The position numbers and the translations under genes are program-made. 64,000 bases of DNA. Source: Klebsormidium nitens (taxonomy: Eukaryota > Plantae > Klebsormidiophyceae). Numbering within the stretch: position 1 is the stretch's first letter; each line of letters begins with the position of its first letter. Positions 37,572 to 49,400 of this stretch are shown here, in pieces. The notes under the pieces were generated by a model. That model saw nothing but the letters and a program-made list of their open reading frames with translations, searched no databases and was not told where the DNA came from. The stretch covers positions 62,001 through 126,000 of the forward strand of contig DF237015.1 in assembly GCA_000708835.1 (NCBI GenBank), in the 5' to 3' direction.

Positions 37572-38769
37572 AATGTCTGCGAGGAAAGCTTGAAGTCATT
37601 TTGAGCCATTTTTTGAGCTTATTGAGCGCTATTTTCTTGTACTACCACTACCTCACTCTGAGGAGCCAAAAGATGCTGAGATGCGTCGAAACAAGCAATC
37701 AGACGAGTTGCGGACATAACTTTCGCCCAGAGCATGGCACTCCAGCCAGGCGCATGTGTAGCCCTGGTCATGGATCATGCAGAAAGCCATTCTCTGAGTC
37801 GAACAAGCGAAAGAAGAGCTACCGGCTCGCCTGCCTAGGTTTTTGACCCTCTCTTTGCCACTTGGGAAATTGAAGATGCTGTGCCCGAGGCGCTACTAGG
37901 TATCGGTCGCAATTAAGGGCAACCAGCGACGAATGCACAGGCCTGCGTGTCGCTGCATACGACAGTGATCCCTGTCCGACCGTCTAGCACGTACGGTGGC
38001 CCCACTTTACAGAACATGGTGACATGTATCAGGTCATGTGGTGGCCGCGACGATCCACGTCGGAGTGTTCACGTACATGTAAAACATGGGCGATGAGGCC
38101 GAATCAGCCTAACTTAATAGTGAGCCTCCATGTCACATCCGGCCAATCTCAGTTTAAACTTCGCAGCTGCCCTTTGATCGGGGATTGGAACATGCGAGGC
38201 CTGCCGCCGCGCCGCGCTCATCATCATTTCAATCCCGATCAAGCCCATGCTTGGCCGCGGCGCATGTGCCTCGGCCGCCGCCGAGTATACGATGCCGACG
38301 TCGCCAAAGCATGCAATATGACCCTGAAAGTGTGGTCATGGAGCAATTACTGTGAATGAATCTGCTCTCTCCTCAAAAAGGGCTTTCTTAAGCTGCAATT
38401 TGCATTGCTTTTGACCTCACTTTTGTCTTAGTCTTGCAGTGAGCGCTCGGTTGTAAAGTACCGTACGTTGTCCTGTCTTGCCCGTATCCGATCAGCTCAA
38501 TTGATCGGATCCTGAGCGTACTCGCGTTGAAACTTTGAGCCCACAGTACGTTGCGGATAGCTGCAGCGACTCACATGGAGCAGCGGATCACAATATGGCC
38601 TCACCGGCCCTTTTCAGTAGAGTTCAAATTCGTAATTGGGGCCTACTGGATCTTACATGCTACAAAGTGCTCCATGCTTCCGTCTTAAGATGGCACTTAT
38701 TCTGCTGGACCTTTCAACGCTTCGCAGCACTCAACGTAGCTGGTCGTCTTAAAGGAGGATGGCGCCCAA

Positions 38770-41700
38770 TCACAGCTTCAAGCTTGTAGCAAGGCTGATG
38801 CGCCCGCTGTTTCCTCTACTGCCTGCGAGCCCGTTTTGTGCCGGCTGCTTTTCATCGCGTTCAGGAGTGGCGTTTCCGTCCGTCTCGGCGTTTGACTCGA
38901 GTTGCAGCTGCAATGAGAGGAAAAAGCAACCGGTTTCAACGTAGGATGCAGATTCCTGTGAGAATCATGTGCAGGTCTGAATTGTGCCAGAAGGAACCGC
39001 CAAGCGCACCAGCATTCGAAGACGGACAAAAAGTCGACGGCCGTTCCCATAGTTTGCACCTAATGATTGTCGTTTGCACTCTCTGAGTTTCTGTGGTTCT
39101 GCCAACGGTGTGGATCGTTGGCTTGTTGGCGGCCAACTCTCTACAAGCACGCAATGAAACGAGGTGAGCCGGGTTCACAATACCTCCAAAGATCGTCTTA
39201 GCATGAAGAATTGCTAACAAGACGACCACCCGACCTTCAAATGCAAGTTTAAGTTCAAACCTCAAGGAGAATTCGCATCGATGTTAACGAGTCGGAAAGG
39301 AAGCCTGGCAGTGCGATGGGGGTCTCACCTCCGTCAAGAGAAACTCCGCCGTCCAAACCGTGTCCTCCTCTGCAACCTGTAAACAATGTGCACGTCGTTA
39401 TGAGCTCGATGTGCACGTCGTATGAGCTCAATGTGCATGTCGTATGAGCTCCACGTGCATGTCGTATAAGTTTAGAACCTTTCGATGCAACATGCGACGA
39501 AGAAGGTTCTGTTCACATGCGAGAATCGTTCTGAGGCCTAAAGTCCTGCTGGGAGAAGTAATGTGATGCCTTGTTAAAGCTCTTTGGAAGGCCCAAACTC
39601 AAGTCTTTGCCGAGTTAGGCATGCTCAATGCTTTACTTACTTCAACACGCGGGCAAGACTCTGAGATCTTTAGCATTGTACATGGTCGATCTTACGGTAG
39701 AGGCGAGGTAAGTACGTACTCTTCAACGCCAAAATTTGCGCAACCTCCGGACAGCCCCATCTGTTCGACTGATCTCCTCAACTAAAGAATGACCAAACTT
39801 TTCAAACGGTGATTGCTTGTAATCGAATTAATTCCATTCTGCAATGAAGCATCTTCCGTCCTTGCGCAACGCTCAGACGCTGTGAAGTTTCTTCCGCACT
39901 TCCATGTTGAGTGCGGCTCGTAACAGTGCGTGCATCAGGCTTGCGAGCGAGCGACTGGGCGGAAATGCAGGCACAGCAAATCTTCGGCAAGTATGATGTT
40001 TGAGAGGGACCCGTTCCGACCATAAGCTGCGGCATTACGACACGTCGAGAGAGGTCCACCTTGGAAGCAGAGAGGAAGTGCCATGGAGAGACACAGGAAA
40101 GGGGCCTCTTATCAGAAGGCAATTCTCGAGAAGACTCTCAGGATACTCCAAAGTCACGATCTGTGCGGATCAGGAATGAGAGCTGCGTTCCTTTCGCTTT
40201 TCCTCAGGAATAAGTCAGGGCTCACCTGAGCCGGTGGACAGAGGACGGACGTGAGAAGACTCAGATCGATCCCGGTATCCTGCACCGCAGACTACGGGGT
40301 TAACTTCCTCGATTGAATGCTTGCTAGTGGCTTGCAACAGGCGACTGAGCAAACAAACGCGCCTGAATTGACAAACAAAGTGTCGCACACATAGACTTGC
40401 CCTGCAGCCAATCTCCGACGGATCCAGGGGCTTTGCATCATACAAGTTGTGTTGAGCATGTAGCGAGAAATCGTGGACACCACACCGGGCGCCTAACTTA
40501 CCGACGTGGAGGGCAGAGAGTAGTGAGCACTCCGATCTAGTTCTCGGATGGTTTGCACCCTCAGGCCTGACTGCTTGGGAGGCGCCGCCACCTGTCAAGC
40601 AGGAATAGAGATGGAGGGATGAGATGATTTATCAGTTCTACAAATGAAATGTTCCATCCGCGAGATGGAAGCCATTGTGAAGCAGTTGCCTTCCGTCCAA
40701 TGCTCCAGTGCACCGGTCTCTGATCGAATTCAACTTGGTTCGAGGGCTTGGGCCACCACAGAGCTTGCAAATCCGGCAAAGCGTCGACAAAGCGCCGCAG
40801 AAGACTGCCGAAGTATGTCTGGTTCAGCCAACAGGAATTCTCAACTCACCTGCGAGCTCGAGTTTTCAGTCTCGTCCGCGTCGAGAGTGGCAATCTCCTG
40901 CACCTCTGCAAATCGGAACCAGAAAAGCACTCTCAAATTGTCCAGAAGCCGTATCTACTGTGATTTGTGAGGTTCATGAACGTGCTTCCGGGTTTGATAG
41001 CTCAATTGAAATCTCTGTCAAGACTCTATAAGATGCAAAAGAGTGTGGAATGTGGTTGAACGGCCTTTCAAAGATGTCAGCAAGCCGTGATGACTGTCAA
41101 TCAAGATCAGTCTCAGACCTCAGCTACGAGCACAGCCGACGTTTGCGAGCACATACTGCAAGGCTGATTGGCATGGGGGCCAGTTTTTGAGAGACGAACA
41201 TGGCATTCAGGAGCGCTTACCATCCTCCATTTCTGCATTGTGCCGACTCCGATCGGGCCCTTTGGACTCTTCTCTGCGTTCACAGTAAAGGAGCCATAAG
41301 CGAGGGCTCACACACATCTTAAAATCAATCAGCGAGCGACTGGAAGAATCAGACAAAGAGGTCCGACTTGATACGCTGCGGATCTCATTCTCACTCGTGG
41401 GCCTTAGCCTCTTCTGGAGCTTGATTGGGGGTTACAAAGTTTAAAACACTTCGATCCATAGCACAAGTCTTCATGTGGATACACGAAAACTAGTGAAGTC
41501 TGCATTTTCATAGCTTTCAACCTATACGCGGACCCAGGGCCATGTCAAGTACAGGTTGAAGGAATCCAGGCAATCGTCCAAAAGCTCACGTTTCTGAAAG
41601 ATTTCTCCTCCGACGGTGTTCTGCTGCGGCGCTGGCAACCGAAGCGTCGGTCTTGACTGTGTCAACTCCCCAGCCCGACTTTGAAGTTGGCGGAGGGGCA

Positions 41701-42371
41701 GCCTAAAAGCACGATGAAGGGCTGATTGTACTTAGCGGTGGAAGGGTGGTTGTTAAAACTTGAACAAGGTGTTTCATCCAACATGTTTGGAAAAACTGCT
41801 CCTCCAGTCCGCAGGACAAGCATTTGGGTGTCATTCACAAATTACAAGCAAAGACTCTTCTGAAATGAGCTAGGGATGTAACTTATTGGACCTCTTTCAA
41901 AAGTAGGTTGGTAGTTTTATGTCCACCAGATTGCAACTCCATAGGGGAAAGTTGGTAAAAGAGAAGGTAGAATCGAGGGGCTGATCAGCAGCCAAACCAG
42001 CCTTTGATGCAGGCGAAGGATCCAGGATGTTGTGCCAATACTTTTGAGCAAATCAAGCTGAGCAGCTTGGAATAGCTCGTGTACTTCTGGATAAGAAGGG
42101 AGTCAGATTTCGACCGAAGAACAGCCAACAGTACTCCGCACAAGATAACATGACAATCGGTGTAGCCTCTTATGACAATTGCTGTTTCCACCATTCGGAC
42201 TCTCAACAGCAGCAGCGTCACATTGAGTAGTAGACTCACCGATGCTTCTGCCCCCCTCCCTGTAGGGGATTCTGCATCTGCCGCAGTGTTGGCTGCTGCT
42301 AGCATGCCTGTTATGCTCCTCCGTCCAAACCGTTTCGTGGACACCCCTGGCTCGGACCCATCGCCAGCCAT
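38770..42371 (-). CDS. IFT43: Intraflagellar transport protein 43 (IFT-A subunit)
   Basis: Largely missed by the ORF track because the exons are small. Exons 42371-42240, 41702-41590, 41273-41221, 40905-40850, 40591-40502, 40279-40226, 39376-39329, 38907-38770 are all GT-AG and phase-consistent. C-terminal half EIATLDADETENSSSQVAAPPKQSGLRVQTIRELD..DTGIDLSLLTSVLCPPAQVAEEDTVWTAEFLLTE matches the IFT43 signature as I recall it (QVAAPP..V.T.RDLD..IDLKLLT.VL.P...V.EDDV.W). Confidence 0.88.
39386..39470. repeat. 22-bp tandem repeat, about 4 units, abutting an IFT43 acceptor
   Basis: ATGTGCACGTCGTTATGAGCTCG / ATGTGCACGTCGTATGAGCTCA / ATGTGCATGTCGTATGAGCTCC / ACGTGCATGTCGTATAAG. Confidence 0.92.
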
Positions 42372-43359
42372 GGTGTCAAAAAGAAGCTCACAGTTTCTGG
42401 CTTGTTCTTGACTCTCTGATGGACACGAACGTTAGAGCTTCAAGTTAGCGATTGCAGGTGGTGTGATGTACTGAGAGTAGATTGTACTCTAGCTTCCAGA
42501 TCTCATGTCAAGGGATGAATTGAAAAGCAGTGCATGAGAGCTGAGACTCTGAGCTCAGAGTGCTCATGAGTACTAAGAAATAAGGCTGCAGGTTGTCAAT
42601 GCAGGCCCTTTGGTCTTATCTCCAACCAAGCTGGACGAACTCCGCGAGCGAAAGCAAGGCGCTGCTGCGCCTTTTGGATCACAGAGTTGCCTTCACCAAA
42701 GACCAACGCTCCCAGCTGCACCAAAAAGCGGCTGCAGGACTGCGGAGCAGGATTCCTCACAGCTGATGCACATGTAGAAGAGCTGCGGCTATCAATCAAA
42801 TACTTCCTACTAGTAGGTGATTTGAATAAAGAAGAGCTGTTCAAAGAGCTGAAGAGCAAACTGAGCAGATGTGGACAAGGAACCCTAATTTTCTGGCGGT
42901 CATTCGGACGGCCCAGTCTTTCATTGCAACGTCCGCTCCTGAGTGGGACCGTCCGAGTGAAACCTCCCCCATCATTTGAGCCAGTAATTGAATCGAAGCA
43001 GGAACAAATCAGGAACTGCCACTTGGCTGGCTGCTTGGGGACTTTATCCAGGCTCGCTTTTGACGTCACGATCCTCCAAACCTGTGACGTGGGCCTGTCC
43101 AGAGCAAGGCAGAGGACGTCAGCAACGGCCCGCGAAAAGCAAAAGATCTGCGACCACGAAAGGTGCGCAGGAAGTTTTGAGGAAGCAGATTGAGCACCCT
43201 GCATTCTGCATTGATCCAGTTTCCAGCACCCGGGTTGCTAGGCAGAGGTAGGAGTGAAGTGGGAAGCCGAAAGAAAGTCTGTCAGGTTGGTAGCTTAGAT
43301 TCGCGCCTTCCGTTGTTTCTCCTTCAGGAACACTCGTCGCGGCCCAGACAGACCCCTGG

Positions 43360-43464
43360 ATGAAAGAGTTTGGCACCCGCTTTACGGACGGAAGTGTGCG
43401 GGGGCTGCGTGCTTATTGGGATTTCCAACTCTGGCTGCAGAGAGGCAGCTCCTACCCTTCCTAA
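43360..43464 (+). promoter_or_regulatory. Candidate 34-codon upstream ORF in the symporter 5' leader
   Basis: ATG 43360 to TAA 43464 (MKEFGTRFTDGSVRGLRAYWDFQLWLQRGSSYPS*), ending 31 nt before the main ATG at 43496. It lies inside an exon opened by the acceptor at 43327. Confidence 0.35.
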
Positions 43465-43495
43465 GTTGCAGGTTGAACCAGTCACAACTTGCAAG

Positions 43496-46400
43496 ATGAC
43501 AGTGGTAAAGAATCTCTTTTTGCCGAGTGAGACGGAGGGCTCCGTCTGGCGGCGGTACTTGCTGCAGCCCACCGGGTGGCTGCCGCTCCTTATTGGCACC
43601 ATCCTTCTCATCGTGGTCAACGCCCTGGGCTACAGCCTCCAATGGAACTGGTGAGTGGTCAAAATTACTAGCATCGTCTTCACTCGTTTGCTTGTGCTAC
43701 CACTGTCTGTTTTCCTCCACAGACCACATTGGCTCGCTTCTTCCACACCACTTTCATTTGTTTTGCAATACAAGAGAGAAAGGGACTTGGGAGCTTCTTT
43801 TTAGTAGGAGCAATCAGTGACCCTCGATGGGGATGGTGGTTATCAACCTGCTTTACCATTGAGAAGTCTATAAGTGGCTGGGTTTCTACCAGTGGCCTTT
43901 CTCATCAGCATTGCAGAGAGGAGCAGAGTTTTCTCATCAAGCACTACGGCCGGGCAAGTAGCAGTCATTTGCGATGATTGTAAGTATCACTCTTTTCTGA
44001 GGCGTTCTGACACTCACAGCAGTGGCCACAACGGCTTGTCTCTCTTTAGACCCAGCCTGTTCCCCCTTGTACCATGGACAAGTCCTTTGGAAGTGGGGAG
44101 GCAAGCGAAAGGTAGAGAGAAGCTGAGGGCGGCGCGCTTCAGTGTGCTTGAAGTGGGCTTTCTGAACACCTATGGAACGTCGATTGACACATTTCCTCAA
44201 TCACAGCAAATTGAGCAGGGACAAATCGCAATCTTTCGTCATGCAGGCTGATCATCTATGGCATGACAATGCTGCCACTCTCGCCTTGGGTCAGCAATCC
44301 AGTGCGCTTCTTCAAGTGAGCGAGCCTACTTTGTTCCGATGGAGTCGGATGCTGGCTTCCTAGGATGTTTGTTCCAAGCTGTTTCAGCATTATGTATTAA
44401 TGTTCAGTGACTCATATTTAGTGACTCTTCAAGGCTACTATGGCTGCTGAATCTACCAAGCAAGCTGGATGCCTCTTGCGTCTACTCAAGCTAACATTGG
44501 TGGTCGTGGCACCCCTGATTCTCAAGATAAAAAAAGCGACTATATCTGGATGACCCTCCTTATTGGCATCCATCTGTCTAGTGGTCAGAGCACTGTGGAG
44601 TAGTCTTCAACGGGATTTATTGACTCTCAGATTCCACAGGCTTTTTGCTCCTTTACTGGCCAACACCTTTCACAGGACATTCTGATTGTCCCGTATTGGG
44701 CAGTTCTTTTCATTCAATAAATGGCACCATGCACCTGCCATGTGTCTGGGTTCGGAGATACTAGTAAGGAAACGTGACCAACTGCTGGAGAATTAGACTT
44801 AGCTGCAAATTGAAACTACTTTTTTCCTTTTGCAGTGGCGGTCTGAAAGAAGATTCCAAGTCCAACTCCAGCATCCTCCTACTGGCCAGCTCCGCTTTCA
44901 TTGTGTGGATTTTTGCAAAGTCCATTAACAATGCCAGCACGCTGGGGGCCAAGTATGGGGTCCTGGGCGGCTTCGCTTATGGTGCGGACATTGTTTTATG
45001 AGGGTCCATACTCGTGTGTCTGCTTCTTAGTCAGAGGTTTCGGGCATTGGGTTGAGCCTTCAAACCTGACCTGAGAGCGTAGTATGAGTATCAGTACATA
45101 TGCGTTGCATTGTTGCTGCGCTGGTTTAAGTACACAACCATTGGAAATGTTGTGCCGGGTATGCATCAGTTGGCTTGCTCCTCCCAGCTTCTTACCCTCT
45201 CAGTTGGTGTATCAGATTATGGTCTATTGTCTTGAGATCGGACTGTCAGACGGCCAAAAATACCCAGGCCGCAGGCAATCCCTTCTTGCAGTTTAATATG
45301 ACGCTTTTTCCTTAAGGGTCCAAGTAAATTTTACCTCTTTAAGCACGAGCCTGCGGATCGAAAAGGTCGAACATTGCAAAATAAGCATCTGCATTTGTTT
45401 CTAATAGCTGACGACCCCTGGTTCTGCCGCACCCTTATGCAGCCACGTACTACACTTCCTTCTTCTCGGCGTCAATCGTCATCTACTTCCTGCGCACGCG
45501 CATGGGTTACAAGTCGCTACCAGAGGCGATCAATGCGCGCTACGGAACGCTTGCTTGCCTCTCATTCGGGGCCGCCGTTCTGTACCGGCTCTTCCAGGAG
45601 GTCTGGAGCAACTCGATCGTTGTCGCGGGTTTCTATGGGACAGCGGTGAGGGGTCTGCTTTTAGCTGGCAACTCGAATTCTTTCAGATAAATCGCAGGTA
45701 GAACGTCTGGCGACCTCCATGTATATTGGTGTGTGTGCCCGATCAGGAGCGGTGGTAGCTTTTACGAAGTTGGACGAAGAGACTCAATATGCGAACGTAG
45801 AGCACCTTCTTCTGGAAAATATTGGTTTGAGCTCTTATCAGAAAGCAGTCTGAAATGTTGATTATCTGTGAGCTCGTGGAACAGGATAAACGGGAATGGA
45901 AAAGGGAACGGTTTGAGTTTTTGTAGGCTCCTCAGACTCGAGGACTGCTGTTTGCGAGGCCACATTGGTGTTTCTTCCTCTGCTATCGCACCAGAAAGGC
46001 ACGACTGCAGTGTTGTCAAAACATTTTGCACCCACGATGGGCCACGGCACAGTGAGGTATTCGAGCACTCAAGCAACGGGACTCGCCCGCTGGGCTGGCG
46101 CTCACAGAGAAAATTTCGAAACGGGAGCACTCAAACGAACCTTTCCATTGCCTTTGCAGGGCAGCGGCCCCTGGTGGACTGCTGCGATTCTGAGCACGCT
46201 ACTGCCGCTCGTGTACAGCTTTACGGGGGGAATGCGGGCCAGCCTCCTTACGGACGCCGTTCAGGTGAGCCTGTCAGCGCAAAAGTGAAACATAACCCTG
46301 AAACCACACGTGTTGCCCTTGAAGCGTCCGAAGTGCCGTTGAGTTTGTATAGAGCGTCACGGGGGCAGTGCGGGCCAGCCTTGTCACGGACGCCGTTCAG

Positions 46401-49400
46401 ATGGGTTCGTAAATGCTGTCCGAACACGTGTCGCCCCAGTCCGAAAACGACCATAAAGTTTGTGTGTGGCTGCACGGGGATTGGCGAGCCAGCCAATCCC
46501 CTCGACGGTTGCTGTAAAGGTGGGTTCGGTCGCGCTGTCCGCACTTGTGTCGCCCAGATTCGTCCGAAGCGTCCAAGAGTTCGGGAACGCGGGCCCGCCT
46601 CGTTACGGATGCTGTTCGGTGGGGTCTGGTAACGCTGTCCAGAGATGTGTCACTCTAAAAAGCCGTACGAAAAGCTCAAGCTGCGAGCCACGTCTTTTGT
46701 GTCGGCCGTCTAGGCGCTAGATTAGGTGCTTAAAGGTGGCGGACGGCTTGGTAATTGATCTCTACGAACTCGACAAGACGCTTCGAAATTTGGCGAAGCT
46801 CTCGTCGTGGGGAGATCGTTTCTCATCCAGTCAGCCGGAAAACGTTCTTCCGAAACCAAAATTCTCCTGTATTCAGCGTCCTAATTCACACGTTCCCGTC
46901 ACAGGCCGTCATTGCCATCGTGTTCCTCATCGCGACGCTCGCCTACCTAGTTCCCAAGGCCGACCGTCAGCTCTTCGCCTGGAACGGCGCCGGTTCCTGC
47001 GCGCTCGCCGCTACGCCTCCGGGCTTGTCCACCTTCAACGGGTGCGCGCTCGCGGGGGGCGCGTTCCAGGGTGTGAATGGGCTCACGGGCCTGGCAAAAG
47101 TGCAGTCCGCATTCACACCGGCGCGCTGCAACTACACAGGTGGGGGGATGATAGGTGTTGCTTGCGATCACGTCTGATCTTCATGGACGAGCGTTAATTA
47201 AGAGTCGGTTGTCGTTGGGGTCAAAGGCTTGCGAGGCCTTTCTGTAAAGGCTATCAGAGCGAAGCCCGTTGCGGGTTTGTCTTTGCCTGAGAAGTGAGTA
47301 TCTCGCTTGCGAATGCTAGATGCGCGGGTTCAGTGGGCTTTGGGACCTGGCATACGACCAACTGGTGTACAGCGGTTTCTCTCAAAACTGACCAAGTTCA
47401 CGAAAATGTTTCGGGGCGGTGCAGTGCACGGTATCGAGCCTCGTGCTTCAAGAAATGGAACCAGTACCTACCGATTTCAGCGTCTTGGCCCGGGTTTGGA
47501 CCGGATACATTCCAGGTTTGAACCGACTGTTCCGCGCATTGATGTCGACCTTCAGATCCGTGCACCGCGCAATTTAAGATATCCGTAAACCGGACAGGTT
47601 CGAAGGAAACCGCTGTACTTTCCGGCTTACTGAAAATACATCTGGGGGGTCGGCCCGCTGACGTTGACGCCCAGACCGCTGACGACTTTTCGTGCTTTGC
47701 AGCCATAACGGATCCGGCCATGTGTTCCCTGGTGAAGGGGGTTTTCTCCGCTCCGAAGTGCGCATTAAAAAGCGAGCCGGTATGCACCGGCAATGGCGGG
47801 GTCTGGAGCGCGCGCAGTCCTTGGTCGCTCGCGGGAGGATGGGACCTGCTCATTGTCGGCCTCATGCAGGTGAGGCTCCGTTCTTTTTGCCCGTCCCTTT
47901 TGTGTCTTTCCTTGCTTGTCTTTCAACCGTTGTTTCCTTGCTGGTTTCCTTTCCTTTTCGTCCAGCTTTTGCTTCGATTTCTCGTATTCCTCGCGTGGGG
48001 ATAGAGCACGATTGAGGTGCTTGCATCCAAGTCCCCTTGCTTTGCTGTAGGTGAGTTTGGGGTTATGCCGCAATCCCCATCTGAAAGTGTACAGGAGTGG
48101 GAAGCCTTTAGAGCTCCATCGTCCTCTTTTTTAGAAATTGGGGCACATACTCTAGAAGCGGGCGACTAATCAGCGAATCAATCTCGTTATGTCATCAACG
48201 GGACAATCGCTCCTCACTGTCGCAGGGCATTCTGAGCTACCCCTTCTTCGACCCAGTGTTGACGGACCGCTGCTTCCTAGCCGAACCCAAGGCCATGGTT
48301 AAGGCGTTCTCTCTTGGCGGTTCTCTCGCGGGTTGTTTCATCATTCTCTTCTCCCTCATTGGAGTCTTCGGCAACCAGACGGCTATCCTTCATCCGGAAC
48401 GGTAAGAACCGGGCTGCCAGTTCCCCTCAATTTGTGAGTTCCTGAAGTGGGAAGTTCGTTTAGAACATCTATCTTCATTTCGATTGGCATCAATATGTTC
48501 CTTTCCAGCATTGAATTGCCTTTAAGCAAGAGTGCTGAAGCGGAAAGTACCTAGAGTCTTGAGGATGAAGAAAAAAACGGACAATAATGTTGCCTCTTAG
48601 GACGCTTGACACTCCATTTTGCAATGAAACTTTCCATGCGGTGTCTGTGACGCAGTGTTGTCTCCAGCCGCGACCCGAATCAATCCTGTATTCTGGTGGT
48701 TGCGAACGCTCTTTTCCCAAAACCGCCAAGCCTAGATCCTTGTGTCGCCTTTAGCTACTCGGGATGAGGTCCGTCCTGCTTCAAGCGGAACGTGTCATTT
48801 ACACTGTTCCTTATGTCTCGCAGCGTTCCGGAGGCTCTGTTCGCCGGAATGCTGGGCGGGGCCCCTGCCGCCGTTTCCAAGTATCTAGGCACGGCGATTT
48901 TCAGCATCATCAATATCATTTTCCTAACCGAGAGCATCTCGACCGTCGATTCGACCTTCACATCGACGGCCAAGCTGTTCGGGCCCGAATTCGCTGGTGT
49001 GATCGAAAGGGGGGCGCCGGATACGCCGGCCAATGCCAGCAAGAGGTGAGGGCGTGTCGCACCAAAATATTACACTTCCTGTTCTTGGTCTAGCTCGGCT
49101 TCATCGTGCGCTTTGTACATTAGTTCTGTCCCATAGCGGCGCTTGAGCAGCTTCTTCTTGTGAGACTGGAGCCTGAACGGGGTCATTGATCCTGGAGAGA
49201 TTTATACGATTGCGGCACTCTGAAAAGGTCTGCCAGCCACAATTGTAAGACATCCGTCGTGCAGGTCTCTGCGGACGATGGCTCATTGCCACCTCAAAAA
49301 AGTGTTGCCATTATTCTTATTTCAAGTACGAGGTTCCACGTGGTTCGAAGAACAATAGTTGACTATTCAAGGGCGGGATTTTTGTATTTTCGTTTCCAAC

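Noticed and set aside
39386-39470. CRISPR-like array
   Set aside because: The units are contiguous with no unique spacers, there are no cas genes, and the context is a eukaryotic intron.
42596-43204. Overlapping 168-aa (+) and 202-aa (-) ORFs between IFT43 and the symporter
   Set aside because: No recognisable domain, no clear ATG start for the plus ORF, and no splice path into either neighbour.
43648-43725. In-frame UGA at a splice junction suggesting selenocysteine
   Set aside because: The exon at 44247 supplies G to give TGG and continues a hydrophobic in-frame helix. No recoding is needed.
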